Positions 49,001 to 62,040 of a DNA stretch of 64,000 nt are shown here, in pieces (position 1 is the stretch's first letter; every line of letters begins with the position of its first letter). Below the pieces are notes generated by a model. That model had not been told where the DNA came from and did not search any database. It saw nothing but the letters and a program-made list of their open reading frames with translations. The position numbers were made by a program, and so were the translations under genes. The DNA is from Torpedo marmorata (taxonomy: Eukaryota): assembly GCA_977017645.1 (NCBI GenBank), contig OZ360238.1:58466001-58530000 (forward strand), in the 5' to 3' direction.

Positions 49001-49379
49001 GAAGATCAGCTCCACTCCTGCGGGAATTTTTTTGGAAGTGAAAAGCAACAGTGCAGCTTAAAGGAATGTGAAAGGTGTTGGAGCAATGACTCAGCTTTGA
49101 CCAACCCCTAACATCTTTGAGATTCGTTCTGTTGTAGCCCCAATAGTTGGTGCAAGGAGGAGGTGAATATCCTCTGGCAGCTAAAATTGAGGAGGGTGTT
49201 CCTGATTGATAAAATCAAAGGCTTTGGTGATATCAGAAAGATGTCGGTGCTACTCCTTGAATTTTTCTTATGGTTGTCACTCTGTGAAGATGATTGCTAC
49301 TGGGCCATTGAATGGACAAAATCCACACTGTGAGTTGGAGAGTCACTCTTTGGGCTTTGCCATCACGTCTGATTAACAC

Positions 49380-49810
49380 GGTCAAGAATGCCACATCTGA
49401 ATGACTTAACAAAATAAGTCCTCATGATTAGACGGAATCCCCTCTGAAATCCTAATCTTCAGTGACAAAGCGTTTCAATTGTAAATTCACATTGTTGTTT
49501 TACACATCTGGGAGAAAGAGGACATTCCATGGAATCTCAACAATGCTGTAATCACACAAGAGACTCCAGATGCTGGAATCTGAAGCTAAAATCGATCTGC
49601 TGGAGGTACTCAGCAGGTCGAGCAACATCAGTGCTGCTGGGTCCACTGAGTTCCTCCAGGAGATTGTGTTTATGCTTTAATCATGATCATGTTCAGGAAA
49701 GGAGATATATCTGACTGCGGTAGCTAATGGGTGATCTCCCTGGTGTCTGCCACAAGGCAAGTCACACCAGCCTTCTCCTCCACCACCAATTTCCAAAGGC
49801 TGAAGAACTG
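49380..49810 (+). mobile_element. Decayed RTE RT fragment interrupted by a Penelope-derived hairpin element (49555-49677)
   Basis: IWEKEDIP..NAVI / MFRKGDISDCG..ISLVSAT; insert flanked by TAATCA (49549-49554, 49678-49683). Confidence 0.6.
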
Positions 49811-50419
49811 TACAGGACACTGTTCAGGACACATCTGGAGTATTGTATCCAATTCTGTTCTCCTAATTGCTGGAAGGATATGAATGCTTGAAACAAGCTG
49901 CAGGGGAAAGAAAATTCACAGGAATGATTGCAAGAATGAGTGATTTCATCTATAAGGTTACACTGGTGAAACTAGAGGTGTTCTCTGCAGAGCAAAATCG
50001 GTTGAGGAGATTTAGTAGAAAAATAAAAGATAATGATAGATCGAGATAGGGGTCAGCTATTTCTACCAGTGGGTGGTTCAAGGACAAAAGGACCTAGATT
50101 TAATGTTTTGCCACCATGTTTCAGGTACATTTGGAATCAATTATATTGAACGGAAGAATTTAAACAATAGAAGCCCAAGGGTCATTCTCTGGATGCCTCC
50201 TCTGTCATTTATATAATTATGGTAGATTTTTATTTCCTCAGTGACACTAGAGTCATATAGTCATACAGCATGGAAGCATTCCCTTCGGACCATCATATCT
50301 GCACTGACCATCAAGCACACACTTTACACTAAACCTACATTAATCCCATTTTTAAAATTCTCTACAGATTCCCTTAAACTCCCTCCAGATTCTACCACTC
50401 ACCTACAATCATCTGGGTC

Positions 50420-51195
50420 CAGTTGTGTGCCTCAGGGGTCGGTGCTCGTCTCATTGTTGCTTGTCATTTACATCAAAGATCTGGTTGATAATGTGGTAAA
50501 TTGGATCAGAAAGTTTGCAGATGACCCAAAAATTGAGGTTGTAGTGGGCAGCGAGGAAGGCTTTCAAAGCTTGCAGTGGGATCTGGACCAACTGGAAAAA
50601 TGGGCTGCAAAATGGCAGACGGAATTTATTGTGGCAAGTGTGAGGTGTTTCCACTTTGGGAGGACTAAAGAAGGTAGGACATACACTGTAAACGGTAGGG
50701 CACTGAGGAGAGCATTAGAACAGAGGGATCTGGGAATACAGATACATAATTCCATGAAAGTGGCGTTACAGATAGATAGGGTCGTAGAGCGAGCTATAGG
50801 CATGTTGGCCTTTCATACATCAAAGCATTGCGTATAGGAGTTGGAATGTTATGGCGAAGAAGTATCAGACATTGGTGAGGCCAAATTTGGAGTATTATGT
50901 GCAATTTTGTTCACCTAACTACAGGAAGGATAACAATAAGATTGAATGAGCGCAGAGAAGATTTACAAGGATGTTGCCAAGACTTGAGGAATGGAGTTAC
51001 AGGGAAAGGTTAAACAGGTTAAGTCTTTATTCCCTGGCGCGTTGAAGAATGAGGGGAAATTTGCCAGAGCTATACAAAATTATGAGAGGCATAGATAGAG
51101 TAAATACAAGCAGGCTTTTTCCACTGAGGTTATGTGAGACAAGAACTAGAGGACATGGATTAAGGGTGAAAGGTAAAATGTTTGAAGGGAACTTG
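50420..51195 (+). mobile_element. CR1 RT-to-C-terminal fragment
   Basis: VPQGSVL, KFADD, QRDLG, LVRPNLEY. Another decayed CR1 piece lies at ~49810-50130. Confidence 0.85.
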
Positions 51196-52700
51196 TTGCC
51201 CTTCCTCAATTGGCTTTGAGAAGGAAATCCTGGTAAAGTACTTCCATAGTGCTGTTGGGGAAAGAGTTCCAAGATTCATACCCAGTGATGGTGATGGAGC
51301 AGCAATAACCAATGTTACGTTGTCAAATGAGGGTGGCAGGCCACTTTCAAGGGAACCTGCAGGTGTTCCTGTGCTCTCACTGACCTTGGTGGTGGAGGGT
51401 GTGGTTTTGGGAAGTATTGTTATAAACAAGGTATTGGTGTGCATATTGCAGATGATGTATGTTGTAGCCATTGTGTAGTGACGGTGGAGCAAATAAATGT
51501 AATAGGACTGTTAAGGGGTGTTGATAAAGCAGTTTAGTTTGTCCTAGATGGTGTTGAGCTTCTTGAGAGATGCAGAAGCTGCATTCATCCAGGCAAGTAG
51601 AGAGTATTCCATCACACTCTTGACTCACGCCTTTCAGGTGGTGGAAAGGTCTTGCGGTGTCAGAGTTGAGCCGTTTTCAACAGCCATCGGCCTGCTCTTC
51701 CAGCCAAGACATTTATGTGCTTGATGCCATTAAGTTTCTGGTCAAAAATGAGTCTGAGGATATTAATGGTGGTAAATTCAGCCAAGATAATGCTATTGAA
51801 CATCAGAAGTACGTTGTTTGGCTTTCTCTTGTTGGAGATGGTCATTGCCTGGCACTTCGTTCGTGAACATTCCATGCCATTTTTCAGCCCATTCCAGAAT
51901 ATTGTCCAGGTCTTGTTGCATGAAGTTATGAGCTGCTTCATTTATTTTATTTTTATTTATTTACAACAAGGCAGAAGCTGATTCTGGCTATTGAAACCCG
52001 TGCCACCCAATTTCACCCAATTAACCTACAACCCCAGATGTTTTTTAGAGGATGGGAAGAAACTGGTGCACCCTGGGAAAACCTATGCAAGTCACGGAGA
52101 GAATGTACAGACTCCTTACAGACAGTACCAGATTTGAACTCGGGTCGCTGGCACTATTATAGCGTTGCATTAACTGCTACATTAACCATGCCGCCCATTT
52201 GCTGATGAGTTGTGAGTGGGATCAAATATCATGGGATCATCAATTCATTGTAACTTTACTCTGGAAGGAAAGTCAGTGAAGAATCTGCTGAAGATGTTCT
52301 GGGCCTAGGGTAACTGACTTCTGGCAAGCCCACAGTCTCCCTTTGTGCGAGATATAATTCTAATCACTGGAGTGTTTTCCTTTTCTTGCATATTAACTTT
52401 GATTTGACCACGACAGTCAAATACTGCATTCCTAGGAAGGGCAGACACCTCACTTCTGTTGCAGTTCATCACTAGAATATGCTTGGACCAACGCTATGAT
52501 TAGTCTTAATTCAAGTGGTCATGGTGAATTCTAAACTGGAGAGCAGTGAGGAGGTTATTGGAGAGCAAGTTCTGCTTGATAGTACATCAATGACTCCTTC
52601 CATCAGTTTACTGATGATTGAAAGTAGACTAATTTAGGAGGTGGTTCTCTTGATTGGCTTGCCCAGCCTTTTGTGAACAGGGCATACCTTGATGTCGCTC
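51196..52700 (-). mobile_element. Old CR1 fragment with a V-SINE inserted at ~51945-52196 (-)
   Basis: Same old family as 27420-28470 (KCQAMTISNKR). The SINE is the reverse complement of the 29702 family. Confidence 0.7.
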
Positions 52701-52809
52701 ATATCCACCTTGTGTCTCTTGCCTAAAATCTATCATCCTGGGTCTTGATTGATCCGTTTATAGAAACAGCTTCCTTATGATCACCTGATCTAAACTTGTT
52801 GAATGCTCT

Positions 52810-53390
52810 CTTAAACTTCTGCAGGTGCACTGTGGAAAGTACACGGGCGTGTTGCATCACAGCCTGGTTTAGGAATTCGACCACCTAGGAATGCAGAAGG
52901 CTCCAGAAGGTAATAGACAGGGCCATGCCTATCACAGACTCTGACCTCCCATCCATTGAAGACATCAATATCAGGTGCTGCCTCAAGAAAGCAGCTAACA
53001 TCATAAAGGATCCCATGACCCTGGTCACAACCTTTTCTCACTGCTACCTTCAAGCAGAAGATATGGAAGCCTGAAGACCAGAATCACTGGGTTCAAGATC
53101 AGTTTCTTTTCAACGGCTATCAGGATCTTGAACTTCAACTTGTTACACTAATTGGAGACTGCTCTGATGCCACAAAAGGATTGTCTACACTGTTGCTTAG
53201 TCACTATTTTGCACAAGGATAATTAAATATTTATTATCTTTGTTTGTATTTATTATCTCATTTTAATTCAGTTATAGTTGTTTTGTAGTGTTCTTGTTGT
53301 TTTTACAAAGTACCTGTTTAGCTGCAGCAAATAAGAATTTCAGTGCATATCTACATTGTACAATGTATATGACAATAAACTCATTATCAT
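52810..53390 (+). mobile_element. Rex1/Babar 3' fragment
   Basis: NFCRCTVES, RCCLKKAANIIKDP; GAATTTC...TGACAATAAAC tail. Confidence 0.8.
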
Positions 53391-54140
53391 AATATTGTCT
53401 ACTTCAATCAAATATCCTCTCAACTATCTTTGCTTCATGGAGAGCAATTCCACCTTCTCCTTTCTAACATGAGAACTGGAAAAAAAAACATCTTGCACTC
53501 AAATTTACTTTTACACAAAAGCATTTCTGATAGCCTTTCAAATTGCTTGCTATGGCAGGATGTCAACTTCTGCTGGTTCATGTACAATGACACCTGGGTC
53601 CATGTGAATACCGTTCAAACTCTCACTTCTTTTGGTTGTTTTACTATTTGTTGTGTTTTATTTTAAAATATTGTTTTTACTGAGTGTTCAGTTCTTTACT
53701 AGTCTCAGATTGTTTCCAGTCATTAACATTTATTTAAGTTCAAGGATGGTCCAGAAAATTGGCATGTTGCAACATGGTTAAGATCGTTGCATTTTCATCG
53801 CTATGCTCAAAAGCAATTTTTGATTCAACTCTGATGGACCATTTCAGTTACTTTGATCAACTTGTGGTTTTTTTTTGTGGCAGAACCTTGTCACTTTTTT
53901 CCCTCCCACCAAAACGGAGCACATTCTGTTCAGATTTCCTGTCTCTTAGGGCTAAAGGTGTCAGATGCACTTAATGGCATGGATGCTGGCATAGAATATT
54001 TAAATTAGGCCAACATCCTTCAATGTCAAAAACTTTGTCAGGGTGGATTGCTGAAATAAAAAACCTGGAGTGTATTAAAAGTTTTCCATAAAGTGCTGTA
54101 CAGTAGACTTCTTAATGAATTTGCATTTTCTATTGGTGGT

Positions 54141-57100
54141 TACAGTGTATTTCTAACATAGAATACATGACAGATTGGTGACGAGGATTCAAACGGACCT
54201 CCTCTATGCTCCAAATATTGGAGTGAAGATTTAAAAAGGAAACGCTTGTGGACCCCACAAGCTCAAGAACAAAGAAGAAGAAAAACTTCAGAATGGCTGA
54301 AGCACCGTTTGGAAAGTTCATGGACTCCGAAGAAAACTGGTATGACAATGTCGAGAGATTTGATCATCACTGTCTTAACTATAATATTACTGAGACTCTG
54401 CCTTTCAACCGAAAACGATCGCTATTTCTAAGCCAAATGGGAAGTAAGACATTTCAATTGATAAAATCTTTAATAGCACATGAAAGACCAGGAACAAAAA
54501 GTTATGCAGAGTTGTGTGCTATAATAGGGGCACATCTAAGTCCCAAACCACCTGTAATGGCAGAAAGACAAAGATTTTACTTCAGAAAACAGAGAACAGG
54601 CAAATCGGTAAGCGAATTTTTGGCTGAATTACGTAAACTTTCACAACACTGTGAGTTTGGTGAATTCTTAACCGAAGCCTTAAGAGACTGATTAGTAATG
54701 GGTTTAGCAGACCGCAGTGCCAGACGACGATTACTAAGTCAAAAACAAGTAACACTTGATTCAGCATATGATACAGCCTTGGGTTTCGAAATGGCTGATA
54801 ATAACTTGGACATCAGCCAAGGCGATCCACTAGTGGTGGGCAGATTTTCCCGCCAAGAATGCTTTCGCTGCGGGAAACGCAATCACAGTCCTGATAATTG
54901 TTACTTTAAAAGATCTAGATGCCATCTATGTGATAAACAGGGGCACATCAGAACCAAATGTTCAAGAAACAAAGGTAAAAAGGATAAAAAGAAAGGAGAA
55001 GGATGAAAATACCAGCACCAGCACTGAAACAAACGACTCGGCAGAAGACAAGACAGTGCAAGTCATGTATGTTCGCGGATTGAACGATAAAAAATCGAAA
55101 TTTTACGTCGAAGTGAAAATTAATAACGAACCTCTTCGAATGGAGTTGGACACAGGGGCAGCAGTGTCGTTAATGCCACTATTTTTAAAAAGATGACTGC
55201 TACCCCACCTCACCATTAAAGAGGCCGACACGGTGTTAAAAACAGTCACTGGGGAGAAGGTCAAGGTGTTTGGAAAATGCAACGTAAACGTGAAATATAA
55301 AGATCAAACACCGAAAAGATTACCCCTCTACATCGTTGACACCAAGGGGTCCGCGCTGTTCAGAAGGAACTGGCTATCACACATTCAACTAGACTGGATG
55401 GAAATTGGATCCATAATGAACTTAGGTCTGGAAGATAAGGCCAAGCAACAACTTGAGCCAGTTCTCAAGAAATACCAGACGGTTTTCGAAAAAAGCCTGG
55501 TAAAAATCCAAGGAGTCCAGGCAAAATTACACCTGAAGTCAGAGGTGGAACCAAAGTTCTTTAAACCCAGAACAGTACCATTTGCAATAAAAGAAAAAAT
55601 TGAATCAGAACTTCACAGATTGGAAAAAGAGGGAATACTGGAAAGAATCCAATATAGTGATTGGGCAGCACCCATCGTGCCAGTGCGCAAAGCCAACTGA
55701 GAAATCCGAATTTGTGGTGACTACAAAGTCACCATTAACCAAGCTTTGCAAATACCGGAACATCCTATGCCTAAAGCAGAAGAATTATTCCAAGCCCTGA
55801 ACGGAGGAAAGAAATTTACAAAGGTGGACTTATCACAAGCATACCAGCAAATAGAACTGGATGAAGACTCCAAGAAATATGTGGCAATCAATACTCACTT
55901 AGGGTTATTCACCTATACCCGAATGCCATATGGGATATCAGCAGCCCCGGCAATATTTCAAGCGACCATGGACAAATTATTACATGGCATTAATGTAATA
56001 TGTCAACGCTATGCAGCCCGCTGAACCAATTATTGAGAAACGACCAAAAATGGTGCTGGAATGAAGAGACTAGTCACGTGGTAGATCGCTTGAAAGAACT
56101 ATTAACGTCATGCGACAATGTTCTCGTCCACTACGACCCAGAAAAAGAAGTGACTCTTGCAGTGGATGCTTCACCAGTAGGATTAGGAGCAGTGTTGTCA
56201 CAGATAACGGAAAAAGGAGAACAACCGGTGGCTTATGCCTCCCGGTCTTTGACGACTTGTGAACATAATTATGCACAGCTGGAAAAAGAGGGGCTTGCCA
56301 TAATATTTGGTGTCAAACGATTCCACCAATAATTATATGGTAGAAAATTTACCTTAGTAACAGACAACAAACCACTAAGTTTGATTCCAGGCCCTAAAAA
56401 AGGGATACCAGTGCTAGCTGCTACAAGAATTCAAAGGTGGGACATGATGCTCGCCGCATATAATTACGATTTGAAACATAAACCAGCAACACAAAACAAC
56501 CATGCTGATGCTCTGTCTCGCTTACCGCTACCAGAAACTGAACAAAAAGACGAGATAATTAAATGGACGGCGGAGGCTACAGCTATTAATCAAGAACAAC
56601 TTCACCGCTTACCAATTACGGCAAAGACGATCAGCCAAGAAGTACGAAAAGAAGCTACACTATCAAAAGTCCTATACTTCACATTAAATGGATGGCCCGA
56701 GGCCGAAGCTATCTCTGAAGAGCTAAAACCTTATTATACACGACGGCAGGAGATATTGAAGAAGGTTGTTTATTGTGGGGAACCAGAACAATCATCCCTA
56801 CAAAATGGCAGGTGTCCATATTACCTTTATCCGAACTCCATAACAACCACCCCGGGATGGTTCGAATGAAGGCATTGGCACATATGCATGTCTGGTTGCC
56901 CTCAATAAGCATTGATATTGAACAAACAGTAAGAAGATGTGGCATTTGTCAAGATATGCAACCCAAAGCTCCTCGAGCCGAAGCTAATCCATGGAAATGG
57001 CCATCGCAACCATGGCGCAGAATTCACATTGATTTTGCTGGTCCATTTATGGGAGAAAACTTCCTCATTGTTGTCGATGCACACTCTAAATGGCCAGTGG

Positions 57101-58396
57101 TATCCCACATGAAAAACACAACAACAGACCAGACAATTGAAAGACTACGAAGTATATTTGCGTTATATGGATTGCCTATTGAACTGGTTTCCGATAATGG
57201 TTCACAGTTCGTATCGGATGCTTTTAAAGTATTCCTTCGCAATAACAATATACGACATGTCTTATCTGCACCCTACCACCCCAGCACTAATGGAGAAGCA
57301 GAACGTTTTGTGCAAACTTTCAAAAAAGCCATTAAAACTAAAAAACTCCTAAACGCATCATGGAATCAAAAAATCGCAGATTTCCTATTAGGATATAGAA
57401 ACACGCCCCACTCTACAACCAAAAGAACACCGGCTGAATTAATGTTTGGGCGTAACTTAAGAACAAGACTTTCCACAGTACACCCGAACATCGGCCTTCA
57501 CAAAGAGCAATCCACGTCTCCAAGTAAACCTACCAGATCTCTAGAAATGGTAGAGTGAGTACTGGTACGGGATTACCGAGACACCAAAGAGCCGTGGATA
57601 AGAGGGGTTATTCTTAAAAAACTAAGTCCCTGTTCTTATTCTATACTGGTGGGAACTAAAATATGGAAACGACAATCGACCAGTTGAGAGCAGTAGATGA
57701 TCCTATGGCCACGCCCTCGGCTCAAGATCCCGATGAGCTTCCAGATGAGATTCCCTGGGCTCCAGAAATATCTGTGAGATGGGAGACCCCTTCTCAACCG
57801 AGCAGCCCTCAACCAAGCAGCCCTCAACAGAGCAGTCCTACATTACGTCCTCTTCAACAACCCAGTCCTATACAACAGCCGAGTGGGGTTCGCCAAAGAT
57901 CAAGTTCACAGTCCTTGCCACCAACCGAGGTACTACCCCAAAAGGCGAAGAGTCCACAAAATATCCTGACAGAGTCGACCTCTCTGAGACGATCAAAACG
58001 GGAAAAACGTCCGCCAGAACGACTGAAAGACTACGTTCAGTGACTTAACATTTTATCATTTCATGCTTATGTTACATTGTAATTGTAATCACCATTAGTC
58101 TAGAGCCACATCGTATTACGCCTAAATACTACACACACACATAGTTATCGCAGTTTATTATAAATACTGCACACACATAAATATATATTTTTCACAAAGC
58201 ATTTATTTTGTGGGGGGGGGGGAAGAGTGTTATGTATATACGCCTGCATGCGTATGACGTCATCACGTCGGGCGTGATGACGTCCTCACTCATATATACT
58301 GTGTGTGGCGGGAGAACCATTTTAGATTTGTATTAAACGGTTAATGAAGCATCATGCCTTCGTCTGCAGTGTATTTGTAACATAGAATACATGACA
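54141..58396 (+). mobile_element. Gypsy (Mag-like) LTR retrotransposon, decayed; 5' LTR reduced to 32 bp
   Basis: TSD GTGGT (54136-54140, 58397-58401). PBS TGGTGACGAGGAT at 54176 (tRNA-Ser(GCU) complement, one mismatch). PPT 58212-58227. 3' LTR 58228-58396, TG..CA. Confidence 0.95.
54293..58043 (+). pseudogene. Disrupted gag-pol: Gag with two CCHC knuckles, protease, RT lacking YxDD, RNase H, integrase
   Basis: CFRCGKRNHSPDNC, CHLCDKQGHIRTKC, LDTGA, DLSQAYQQ, VDASPVG, HHCC, IDFAG/SDNG/GEAER; multiple stops and frameshifts. Confidence 0.92.
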
Positions 58397-58619
58397 GTGG
58401 TCACATTGTAACCTGGATAATGAATAGCTTTGCATTTGGACAGGTTGGGATAGTTAATAGTAATAATAGTTGATTTGAATGGGATCTTGCCCTGCCTGGA
58501 GTCCTGAGGGCAGAATTAATACAATTGCCTTGAAATTTAATTGCATAAAGCTGCATTCTTTTTCATGCAATTTAAAATTAATCTTGTTTTTGGAGTGGAC
58601 TGAAATAGGTTCTGTTGCT

Positions 58620-58797
58620 GGGTCAAACATAATCTGCTGGAGGAACTTTGTGGGTCAAGCAGCATCAGTGGGAGAAAAAGAATGGTCAATGTTACGATCC
58701 CAAAATCTTCATTGGGTCTCAATATTGATGCTGCTTGACCCGCTGAGTTCCTCCAGCTGATTGTGTTTGGCTTCTGATTCCAGCATCTGCAGTCTCC
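58620..58797. mobile_element. Penelope-derived hairpin element, older subfamily
   Basis: CTGCTGGAGGAACT..GGGTCAAGCAGCATC versus GATGCTGCTTGACCCGCTGAGTTCCTCCAGC...CCAGCATCTGCAG. Confidence 0.7.
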
Positions 58798-58896
58798 TAG
58801 ATATCTACTGTTTCTTAGTCATTTTGCATCAATTGGAATATTTAACGAGAGCCTTCTTTTGTCAGTCATCTTTGCAAACCCAACCTCTTTCTGCAG

Positions 58897-59043
58897 GGAT
58901 CCATGGGATGCCGTCATTGGCTGTGCAACATTATTTTTGGAGCACTGCAGCAGAACTTGGATCCCCATATCCTGGCAGTGCACATCATTGGTCACTCCTG
59001 GGATTACATGGTCTTCAAAACGCAAAGCTGGGAAGTCTGCAAG
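58897..59043 (+). CDS. Candidate coding exon D (GIHGMPSLAVQHYFWSTAAELGSPYPGSAHHWSLLGLHGLQNAKLGSLQ)
   Basis: CTCTTTCTGCAG acceptor, AAG|GTACGT donor, 147 nt, phase 1 to 1; non-repetitive and GC-richer than flanks. All three frames are open, so the frame is inferred from exon C. Confidence 0.5.
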
Positions 59044-59699
59044 GTACGTAATTACCTCATTCTTTCAATTCCACACCTTCAATTAAAATAACAACCCTGG
59101 TCTCCACTTTGATCCTCAATCTGCTCTCCCCAACCAACATTGCAGTCACCACATTTGCTACCAGTCTTGCTCCCCTGATTTCCCCAAATATCCTGCTGGC
59201 CTCCTGCTGCCATCAATTCTCCCAACCCCTGGTCATACTCCTTCCCTTGTAATACAAGGCTCAGAGACAGGATATCCAGACAGAATGTGCTTATTTTGGG
59301 TTGGGGGGGTGGGGGAGCGAAAGGGGCAAGGTTCTGATGCCCCTGGGTCTGTGGCCAACAAGCTTCCAGTAAAGGAGGAACATACAGCACATTTTAGGTT
59401 ACAATCACCAACCCATAAGCATAGCTGTTATTTTGTCCAGCTTCTCCACTCTTCTAGTGCAATCTGCAATTTCTGGGCAAATTGCATTTTACTATTTTTT
59501 AATCAATGATTAGAATGTAGGCATCATTGAAATTTCCCATTGGGCTTGACTGCACCAAATGTATGTTTAAATAAGAACATTACATGAACTATGTCGATTG
59601 TAGGCTGATCAGAAGAAAGTGATTGACCAGGTAAAGGTATGGCATATGACCCTCAATGACATAAATTATGCTCACTCTTTCAAGATTTACAGCAATATA

Positions 59700-59930
59700 G
59701 TGTGACTGTTAGCTTAGCGGTTAGCGCAACACTGTTACAGCGCCAGCAATCGGGACCGGAGTTTGAATCCCGCGCTGTCTGTAAGGAGTTTGTACATTCT
59801 CCCCGTGTCTGTGTGGGTTTTCCCGGGGGCTCCGGTTTCCTCCTACCGTTCAAAACATACGGGGGTTGTAGGTTGATTGGGTTTAATTGGGCGGCACGGG
59901 ATTGTAGGCCAAATTTTAAAAATTTAAATA
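59700..59930 (+). mobile_element. V-SINE (HE1-like)
   Basis: Same family as 29702-29960. Confidence 0.85.
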
Positions 59931-60951
59931 GCAAATATATGAAAAAAATGTACATTGTATGAATTGGAAGGATAAATGTTTAAAGTGCAAACTATACATG
60001 CTGGAAGCTTAAAAATGTTTATGATAGATCAGATTCACCTGAAAGAGTGAATAAATCCTTAAATTGGGTGATTACAAAAGAAAAAGCAATGCATTTTTAA
60101 CTTTTCTTTGATATCCATTCCTATTATTAGTGACAGAATAATACGATTTAAGTTTTTGTTGATAGTAAATGTTTATTTAGTCGTATTGTAATGAACACAA
60201 CGTAGAGAATGCCAAACCATCTTTTTTTCTGAACAGATGAGTAAAATAGAAAATTGTTCAGACATAAAAAAAATACTTATTTTAGGATTATATTTGAGGA
60301 GAGAGTTAAACAAAGTGTTTCATTACCAATTGATTTGCTTTACAAATCATGGACATGATCATTTGTTTGAAGTCACAAAAACCAAAGAGGGAGGTTTTTT
60401 TTTTGCATTTGGGTAAACACATCAAATATCTTCAATTAACCTTATTTTAGAAAAAAAATCTCAGATGACATTGAAATATTTATCAATGAAGGATTGAAAT
60501 GTAAACAATTTTAAAACAATTATAGCATTATGTCCATGACAGTCATATGAAATAGATCCTCGTTTAACTTTAGACACTCATACACCCAGATCATCTTGGT
60601 GGAGCTCATGCAGGTGTAGTGAATGGTTAGCTTGATATTGTGCTTTCATCTTTAACTAAAGTATATGATAATATGTTTCTGTGACAATTATTTCTCCTGG
60701 TTTGTTTTTGCGCAACTGGCAGTAACTATGTTTTAGATTGCAACCACACTGAAACAGTTCTGTAATTCCTCGATCATATATTGAGCCAATGCTATCATTT
60801 ACCCCTGGCATTTGAAATCATGGTATATGAATAAAGTAGCTCCATAAAGTTAGCCCTGATGGGGTTTGGAATGCCTCCATGAAGTGAATGTGAATGTGAA
60901 TACAAATTGTACTCAGTCCTATGGAGCTGATTGTTCCAACGTAAACTGTTG

Positions 60952-61023
60952 CTGTTTAATATCTGAATGGAAATAAGCCCCAGACACAAGTCTGGGGCTT
61001 ATTTCCATTCAGATATTAAACAG
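60952..61023. repeat. Perfect inverted repeat, 34-bp arms with 4-nt loop
   Basis: CTGTTTAATATCTGAATGGAAATAAGCCCCAGAC-ACAA-GTCTGGGGCTTATTTCCATTCAGATATTAAACAG. Confidence 0.97.
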
Positions 61024-61824
61024 GGGCTGAGAGTTCATGACTTATTCTCACATTTTGAAGGCTGTATCTGGTAGTTCTGTCCCAGTGCTAGATTCCCCAC
61101 ACAGAATAATGATGGGGCCCAGTCCTACCTGCGTTCCCCAGCACTGTGTTGGAGCATTACCTCCAAGATCCTGAATCAATCTGACTGGGCACACAATCTG
61201 GGATTCCAATGCGGATTCCAGCCTGCATAGAGAAAGGTATTTTTAAAAATTATTTTCCTTTAATTTAATTATTTCAATCATTTTATTCTATGTATTTCTA
61301 CTTAACGTTCTTTGAAAATTTTTACAAGCCTCTTCTCCTGCTGCGCAAGTTCCAACTACAATCCTGTGTGGCCCATGAGATTCAGTGAGCTCAGCACCAA
61401 TAACTCCCCAATAAATTGATTATCCTTTAAAATATGAAAGTGTACAGTTTACCCCTATGATTAAGACTTGCTTTCCTGTAAATTTCTAAAGTGTCTGTGA
61501 ATTACATTTCCTGCTTCGCTTTCAGAGGGAAATAGAGGTGGGTGTTCCATGTGTAGGCATTGGATACGGTGCTATAAGTTGTAGGTAATAGAAGTATTTA
61601 GTTGTGCTTTGTGATTGGACTTTACTTTGGAAGTCATCTCCATTGTTCTATTACAAACAAGGCTTTGGGTTTGAATTTTTGGGGATGTACCTCTGTCCAT
61701 ACTCAAAGCACTGAGGGACCTCATGGTGTTTTGGGGTTGGAGCAGGAAAACCTTGTGTAATTCACCACTATGGAAGCTATTTGTCAGATTTGTTGGAAGT
61801 TTGTACAGGAGAAACAGCTGGCCC

Positions 61825-62040
61825 AGGTTTAGACACACTACCCGATTCAAGGACAGTTTCTATCCCACTGTTATCAGACTCGTGAATGAACCTGTGTACC
61901 ATCTGATCTCTCTCTGTAACTCTGCACTTCTTAACTGTGTCCAACTTGTACTACATATGAGATGTCTGGCTGGGACTGCTCACAAAACAAACTTTATCAC
62001 TGCATCATGGTATGAGTGACAATAAACTAGAACTTGAACC
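61825..62040 (+). mobile_element. Very short Rex1/Babar 3' end
   Basis: TTRFKDSFYPTVIRLVN; TGACAATAAACTAGAACTTGAA. Confidence 0.7.

Noticed and set aside
57663-58043. Pro/Ser/Gln-rich 126-aa ORF as a captured or env-like gene
   Set aside because: Ends in LRRSKREKRPPERLKDY, the usual low-complexity tail of Mag-type integrases; no signal peptide or transmembrane segment.
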